Below are positions 59,161 to 64,000 of a DNA stretch of 64,000 bases, piece after piece; the stretch's first letter is position 1, and every line of letters begins with the position of its first letter. Below the pieces are notes generated by a model. It did no database searches, was not told where the DNA came from, and worked only from the letters and a program-made list of their open reading frames with translations. The position numbers and the translations under genes were made by a program. The stretch covers positions 32,001 to 96,000 of IMG/VR virus record IMGVR_UViG_3300049472_000168. One strand, written 5' to 3'. The DNA comes from a virus. Lineage: Duplodnaviria; Caudoviricetes.

Positions 59161-60012
59161 ATGTTCAGCATCAATCTCGACCTTTCTCAGATCCAGGAGT
59201 TATCGAAAGACATCCAGACCTCCCTGGAAGCAGCAGCAAAACAGGCTGGAGAAGAGCTGGCACAGCGCACCAGAGCCAAAGCCATTGAGCTAGCCTCAGA
59301 ACGGCTGAATTCGAGGCGTAAGAAATTTATCGATGCCTTAAGTCTAAATTTCGAGGAGGGCGTCTGGGTCCTTAAACTAGATGAATCCATGGCTTGGATC
59401 GATGACGGCATCGAACCCCATAACATGATAGAGAACCTCCTGAAATCGCCAAAGGCGAAGAGATCGAAGGACGGGTCATCATACCTCGTGGTTCCATTTG
59501 ACCACAGCCCAGGACACGGAGCCACTAATTCGACCCCGGCCCAGCTAGACCTAGTCGATACAGTCAAAGCCGAGATGAAGCGTAGAAAGATTCCTTGGGC
59601 CACTGTTGAGAGAGATTCTCAGGGCAGACCCAAAACAGGAAAACTTCACAGTTTCCATATCAAGAATACCCCCCTAAAAACCGGGGAAGGTCCTGGTCAG
59701 GGCTGGGGGCCTAAAGGCGATGTCAAGCAGGGTCCGAATCAGGCCCAGATCAAAGGTGGCAAATCCAAACCAGGTGGAGGCGGTATCCCTTTCCTTCAAG
59801 GGGTATCGGTTTATCAGACACCGGATGGTGGCGGCGGCACCAAGAGGTCTGTGATGACCTTTAGGGTCGTCAGTTCTAAACAAAGTTCGCCTCGATGGGA
59901 CCACCCCGGCCTCCAGCCGACCCATCTTTTTTTGGATACAGAAAAATGGATGTGGGAAGAATTCAAGAAGATGGAACCAGAAATTATCCAGTCCGTTTTA
60001 GACAAGCTCTAG
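59161..60012 (+). CDS. putative neck/tail-completion protein (HK97 gp10-like)
   Basis: late motif; WIDDG..HNM, TFRVVSSK..WDHPG. Confidence 0.55.
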   Translation: MFSINLDLSQIQELSKDIQTSLEAAAKQAGEELAQRTRAKAIELASERLNSRRKKFIDALSLNFEEGVWVLKLDESMAWIDDGIEPHNMIENLLKSPKAKRSKDGSSYLVVPFDHSPGHGATNSTPAQLDLVDTVKAEMKRRKIPWATVERDSQGRPKTGKLHSFHIKNTPLKTGEGPGQGWGPKGDVKQGPNQAQIKGGKSKPGGGGIPFLQGVSVYQTPDGGGGTKRSVMTFRVVSSKQSSPRWDHPGLQPTHLFLDTEKWMWEEFKKMEPEIIQSVLDKL

Positions 60013-60028
60013 AATCAATCTTCTAGAC

Positions 60029-60343
60029 ATGAATTTTGTAGATCTCAATCCGCAGTTCCTAGGTACCGGTGGTGAAGGGGTCTTTAATTCCTCCGATGGT
60101 AGCCCGGTACCGTATAGACCGGATATCGGTGTCAGATTCGACTGTCCCTGTGGTTGTGACAGCCCCGTAGTCATTCTGTTCCAGAACCCTCCGGATGGCG
60201 GTCCCTGTTGCGATGCGACACGGCAGCACTGGACCCGAACCGGAACTTCTTTTGAGGACATGTCGCTGACCCCAAGTATCCAGAGAATCCAGCCATGTCG
60301 ATGGCACGGCTACATCACTGCTGGTAAGGTCATTACCTGCTAG
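60029..60343 (+). CDS. DUF6527-like Zn-binding protein
   Basis: CPCGC..W..SLTPSI..CRWHGYITAG; leaderless after AATCTT. Confidence 0.6.
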   Translation: MNFVDLNPQFLGTGGEGVFNSSDGSPVPYRPDIGVRFDCPCGCDSPVVILFQNPPDGGPCCDATRQHWTRTGTSFEDMSLTPSIQRIQPCRWHGYITAGKVITC

Positions 60344-60927
60344 TGGCCATAGTTGAATCCGAATAAATAGGTCTGTCCGTTTATTTTTACTTCGGAGTCA
60401 AAACTGCCACAACATCCTCTTTGTTGCGCTTTGCGATATCTCCTGCGGTCTGGAGAATTGCTCTTCAGGGCCCATCTCCAGTTATCGACGCATTTCTTGT
60501 CTGCTGATGCGTCTAGGATTGCTGCTTCGATTTGGTGTCCAATCTCAAACCCGTATTGATTTATTGGAGAACTCAGCCTTCTCCTGTGGACAGCATCCCT
60601 GGCATCAAATCTGGCCTGTTTTACAATAGACCTCGCCAGGGCCTTATTTTTTGAGTCAATGACTTGGAGAGGCTTCCTCATCGAGCCGATGCCCTTTTCC
60701 TCCATGTCCTTAAAGACCTGTTTCCAGTACTGCTTATCATAAGAGCCGAAAAATAGCGATTTCAGGTAATTCCGTACCTCAAGCCTACAGGTATTGAAAT
60801 GCTCGCCCTCCGGCATCTCGCCACAGGCGCAGATTTCCACAGCTCCCTCTCCTGGTCGAAAGAATCCTGCCCAGCCCGGAAGGATTCTAGGATCTGAAGG
60901 ATGCATGAATCTGTAATTATGTCTCAT
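60340..60927 (-). CDS. hypothetical protein
   Basis: operon ORF; GCCGS..FGFNYGH. Confidence 0.55.
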   Translation of the reverse strand: MRHNYRFMHPSDPRILPGWAGFFRPGEGAVEICACGEMPEGEHFNTCRLEVRNYLKSLFFGSYDKQYWKQVFKDMEEKGIGSMRKPLQVIDSKNKALARSIVKQARFDARDAVHRRRLSSPINQYGFEIGHQIEAAILDASADKKCVDNWRWALKSNSPDRRRYRKAQQRGCCGSFDSEVKINGQTYLFGFNYGH

Positions 60928-61219
60928 TTCCTGCTCGACGCCTGGTGCGCTCGTTCTGAATGGTCTTCAGGTTGTAATAGATCGTCCGGATATCTTCTTC
61001 CATGGCTCCAAGACTCAACATACGCTCGGTATGCTCGTCTTCGGCGGCAGCGAAAGCCTCATTTCCCAGGGGATAATAATCCCTAACATGAGGAGCACAT
61101 TGACGCAGGGCCTTCTCCAGATTCCGGATGGCATCCAGGGCGTCTGAATAGGTCTCTGTCAAATAATCCAGACCGCTTCCGTTGAGGTGAATCGCTGGCA
61201 TCGTTGGTGTTTTGCTCAT
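60917..61219 (-). CDS. hypothetical early protein
   Basis: TTGACG(61250-55)-N17-TATTTA-7 nt-ATG; P.IHLNG..PHVRDYYP. Confidence 0.65.
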   Translation of the reverse strand: MSKTPTMPAIHLNGSGLDYLTETYSDALDAIRNLEKALRQCAPHVRDYYPLGNEAFAAAEDEHTERMLSLGAMEEDIRTIYYNLKTIQNERTRRRAGNET

Positions 61220-61317
61220 GCATTTATAAATACCAGGGTTTCGGGCTGGCGTCAAGACCTTAATCTTACAGGCTGGAAGGAAATCCCTTTTGAGGGGGAT
61301 TCAAAAGGAGAACAACC

Positions 61318-61725
61318 ATGGCGAACGCGATTTATACGGCAGCAAAAAAGGCACTTCTGGACGGCGATATTGACCTCTTGGTCAACGATATCAAGGCCGT
61401 ATTGGTAGATACCAACGATTACACCCATAACATCGCTACCAACGATTTTCTCGATGATATCAGTGCTGGTGTAGTCGCGACCTCGGCCAATCTCGCAAAC
61501 AAGACCTCTACAGGTGGAGTCTTCGATGCCGATGATGTCGTTTTTTCGACCGTTACCGGGGATGTCTGCGAGGCCGTTGTTCTCTATGTTGATACCGGGG
61601 TGGCTTCTACTTCTAGACTGATTGCCTTTTTCGATACCGGAGTAGGATTGCCGGTGACTCCTGGTGGCGGCAATATCACGATTACGTGGTCCAATGGGGC
61701 CAACAAGATTTTCTCGTTGACATAA
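61318..61725 (+). CDS. virion (tail/baseplate-associated) protein
   Basis: AGGAG SD, AATCTT at 61262; DIDL..DIKAVLV..FDADD..PGGGNITITW. Confidence 0.65.
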   Translation: MANAIYTAAKKALLDGDIDLLVNDIKAVLVDTNDYTHNIATNDFLDDISAGVVATSANLANKTSTGGVFDADDVVFSTVTGDVCEAVVLYVDTGVASTSRLIAFFDTGVGLPVTPGGGNITITWSNGANKIFSLT

Positions 61726-61744
61726 TCCCTTTGGGGTCCAATAA

Positions 61745-62284
61745 ATGCCCACTCGTACTTATGCTATTTATGTTGGCCGTAAAAGTAACGGAAGCATCGT
61801 CTATTCGTCTTTTACGCAGCCAACACCTACGGCTGAACAGGCCCTCACTTCAGTAGTGAGACGACTCGGCGGGGCCCCCGAGGACTACGCCGTAGTCCTG
61901 CTTACGGATGAGACCTTATTTAATAGGATTAGCGCCAAAGAACTCGTCACTCTCCGAGTACAGGAGACCAACGGAACCTGGGACCTGGTTGCTGACTTTA
62001 GTCAAGAAGACAATGTTGTTGTTCTGAGTCCGAGTTTTTCTAGCAATATGATCCAGTACGGGAATAACGTTACTATAACTGTAACTGCCTCTAGGTCAGT
62101 AAATGTGTCTGCTAAGATCCCGATCAATACTCCAATCGGGAATGCTTTGCTTCATCTAGATTTCGTCGATGGAATTGCGACTAGAACCATCAATCTTTCC
62201 CATTTCGGTAGATGGATTATTCCTGCCTCTAGAACAAATACTTGGAAAATTACTGAGGACGCTACAGTAAACGCGTTTATCTAA
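61745..62284 (+). CDS. hypothetical virion-associated protein
   Basis: late operon ORF. Confidence 0.55.
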   Translation: MPTRTYAIYVGRKSNGSIVYSSFTQPTPTAEQALTSVVRRLGGAPEDYAVVLLTDETLFNRISAKELVTLRVQETNGTWDLVADFSQEDNVVVLSPSFSSNMIQYGNNVTITVTASRSVNVSAKIPINTPIGNALLHLDFVDGIATRTINLSHFGRWIIPASRTNTWKITEDATVNAFI

Positions 62285-62287
62285 AAC

Positions 62288-64000
62288 GTGGCAATTGTTT
62301 CAATACAGCGAGGATTCTCTTCTCTAACAGAGTCTCCTGACAACGTAGCAGTACATGCACTTTCGTCTGTTACCCTCGCAAATACAGTAGTATTCTGGCA
62401 GCTTAGGGCTGACTCCTACAATCCAAGAGCAAGAGCAGCAATAGTTCGTCTTACAGATGTAGACGAGCTTACGGTCGAAATCTTTGGTGCTTCAGGCGTA
62501 GACACCACGATTCAGTGGTGGGTTGTAGAGTTTGACGATGTCACGGTACAGGCAGCAGTATATGCGGCATCAGGCAGTAACACATCGCAAACCGAAACAA
62601 TAAGCACTGTAGACCTAGACGAATCGTTCCCGATATCGTCAAATATATCGTCCTTGACTAGCTGGTCTTACGGTGAAGGTATTCGCGTACTGCTACCGTC
62701 AACTACGCAGATAAGATGGCGAGCGGCTTGGTTTCTAGATGGACGTAATTTAAGCTATCAGGTCGTCTCATGGCCAGGGGCATCGGTACAACATGCTTTA
62801 TTGGGGCTCAACGACGCAAGCACAGATAGCGACACCGCCTCGATAACTGCTGTAGATCTAGACCGAACATTCGTTATCTCTTCGTCATATATCGAAGCGG
62901 CTGTAGGTGTTACAGCGGGTAGCGATGTCCCATTGGTGTCATTTGACGACACCGACACGATCAGGATTCAGCGTCCCTCTGGTGGGTCTACTGCGTTTTA
63001 CGACGATGGATCTGAAAAGGGTTGGGGTGCAGAAATCGTCGAATTGCCGACCGGATATACTGTTCAGTATATATCCGGAACAATTGCAAACGGAGATTTA
63101 TCAGAAGACGTATCGATTACAGCGGTCGATCCAGACTCAGTCGTTATCGGTGCCGGTCTCTGGAGCTGGGCAAGCGGGCACAGCTCATCTGGCGATGCCG
63201 GTGATTCTTGGAGCACGGCAACACTATTTGATACCGATACACTTAGAGTTGAGCGTGATTCGTCTGGCACAGATGCTAGTTATGCATTCTTCGTTATTTC
63301 ACAGGATAGCGCAGATCTCGTAGTTGAACCCAACGGCATAGCCCAAGGAACAGCTCTGGGAGATCCTTCGGTAGCTCTAGATCTGTCTCCAGGCAGTATT
63401 AGTCAGAGCATCGCTCTGGGTAGCCCGTCTGTAGTTCTCGATCTGTCTCCAAGCAGTATAACTCAAGGAGTAGTTCTAGGGGACCCGTCAGTAGCTCTGG
63501 ATCTGTCTCCAGGCAGTATCGCTCAAGGAACCGCTCTAGGAAGCCCTTCGGTGTCTCTAGCCCTGTCTCCGGACAGCATTGGTCAGGGAATAGCTTTAGG
63601 TAACCCTGGGGTCAGTCTCGAAATTTCCCCAGAGGGAATCGGCCAAGGAACAGCCTTAGGTAGTCCGTCGATATCCCTAGACATATCTCCTGCTAGTATC
63701 GTTCAGGGCATCGGCCTGGGTAGCCCTTCCATAGCGGCAGGACTAAATATTTCTCCAGACAGCATTGGTCAGGGAATCGTCCTAGGCAGCCCCTCGGCAG
63801 GACTAAGTGTTTCTCCAAATAGCATCGTTCAATCAATCAATCTGGGAGAACCCACAGTAGTTGGACCCGGAGGAATCTCTCTAGGAAGCATCCAGATTCA
63901 GATCGTCCTAGGCAGTCCCGAAGTCTCTGCCCAGGTAGCTTTTAGTTCTCAGCAAAATAATGAACTTCCCCGTAGACCTAATCTATTGGTCAGGGCTCTA
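62288..64000 (+). CDS. partial fibre-like protein with two repeat types (absent from the ORF track; runs off right edge)
   Basis: GTG 62288, open to 64000; four ~80-aa beta modules then ~10 copies of a 20-aa repeat. Confidence 0.8.
   Translation, partial: MAIVSIQRGFSSLTESPDNVAVHALSSVTLANTVVFWQLRADSYNPRARAAIVRLTDVDELTVEIFGASGVDTTIQWWVVEFDDVTVQAAVYAASGSNTSQTETISTVDLDESFPISSNISSLTSWSYGEGIRVLLPSTTQIRWRAAWFLDGRNLSYQVVSWPGASVQHALLGLNDASTDSDTASITAVDLDRTFVISSSYIEAAVGVTAGSDVPLVSFDDTDTIRIQRPSGGSTAFYDDGSEKGWGAEIVELPTGYTVQYISGTIANGDLSEDVSITAVDPDSVVIGAGLWSWASGHSSSGDAGDSWSTATLFDTDTLRVERDSSGTDASYAFFVISQDSADLVVEPNGIAQGTALGDPSVALDLSPGSISQSIALGSPSVVLDLSPSSITQGVVLGDPSVALDLSPGSIAQGTALGSPSVSLALSPDSIGQGIALGNPGVSLEISPEGIGQGTALGSPSISLDISPASIVQGIGLGSPSIAAGLNISPDSIGQGIVLGSPSAGLSVSPNSIVQSINLGEPTVVGPGGISLGSIQIQIVLGSPEVSAQVAFSSQQNNELPRRPNLLVRAL
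63330..63925 (+). repeat. degenerate 60-bp tandem coding repeat (P-x-S-I-x-Q-G-x-x-L-G-x-P-S-V-x-L-x-x-S)
   Basis: 60-nt period visible in successive sequence lines. Confidence 0.85.

Noticed and set aside
1-64000. Apparent abundance of CTAG/TCTAGA sites
   Set aside because: Visual impression only; needs a tetranucleotide observed/expected calculation before any claim

Overview
This window is part of a large tailed-phage genome, probably a myovirus. Its head module resembles Herelleviridae/SPO1-A511 types, an inference from motifs only. It uses the standard genetic code; I saw no CRISPR array and no integrase. Left arm: Rad50/SbcC, GroEL, an iteron-like 21-bp repeat array at a strand switch next to replication-initiator-like genes, an SF2 helicase, a dNMP kinase, a phage sigma factor, a GroES-like protein, an Acb2/Tad1-like sponge fusion and Mre11/SbcD. 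Plus-strand late genes follow: terminase, portal, MuF-like protein, prohead protease, scaffold, major capsid protein (MCP), and neck/tail-like genes. Minus-strand islands of early genes and five tRNAs interrupt them. Main finding 1: three giant polyproteins plus a kinase, whose enzyme domains are separated by the same [LIVM]-x-K-[S/A/T] motif that marks the capsid, scaffold and portal. The domains include GGDEF, mCpol, 4 GNAT, ART-like, 3 PI3/4K/HipA-like kinases, Nudix, ParB and HhH-GPD. This suggests a protease-released, virion-delivered effector payload that includes two cyclic-dinucleotide synthases. Main finding 2: a two-tier, largely leaderless promoter system, with sigma70-type early promoters back-to-back with an AATCTT late motif at most strand switches. 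All family calls are by motif recognition; no searches were run.
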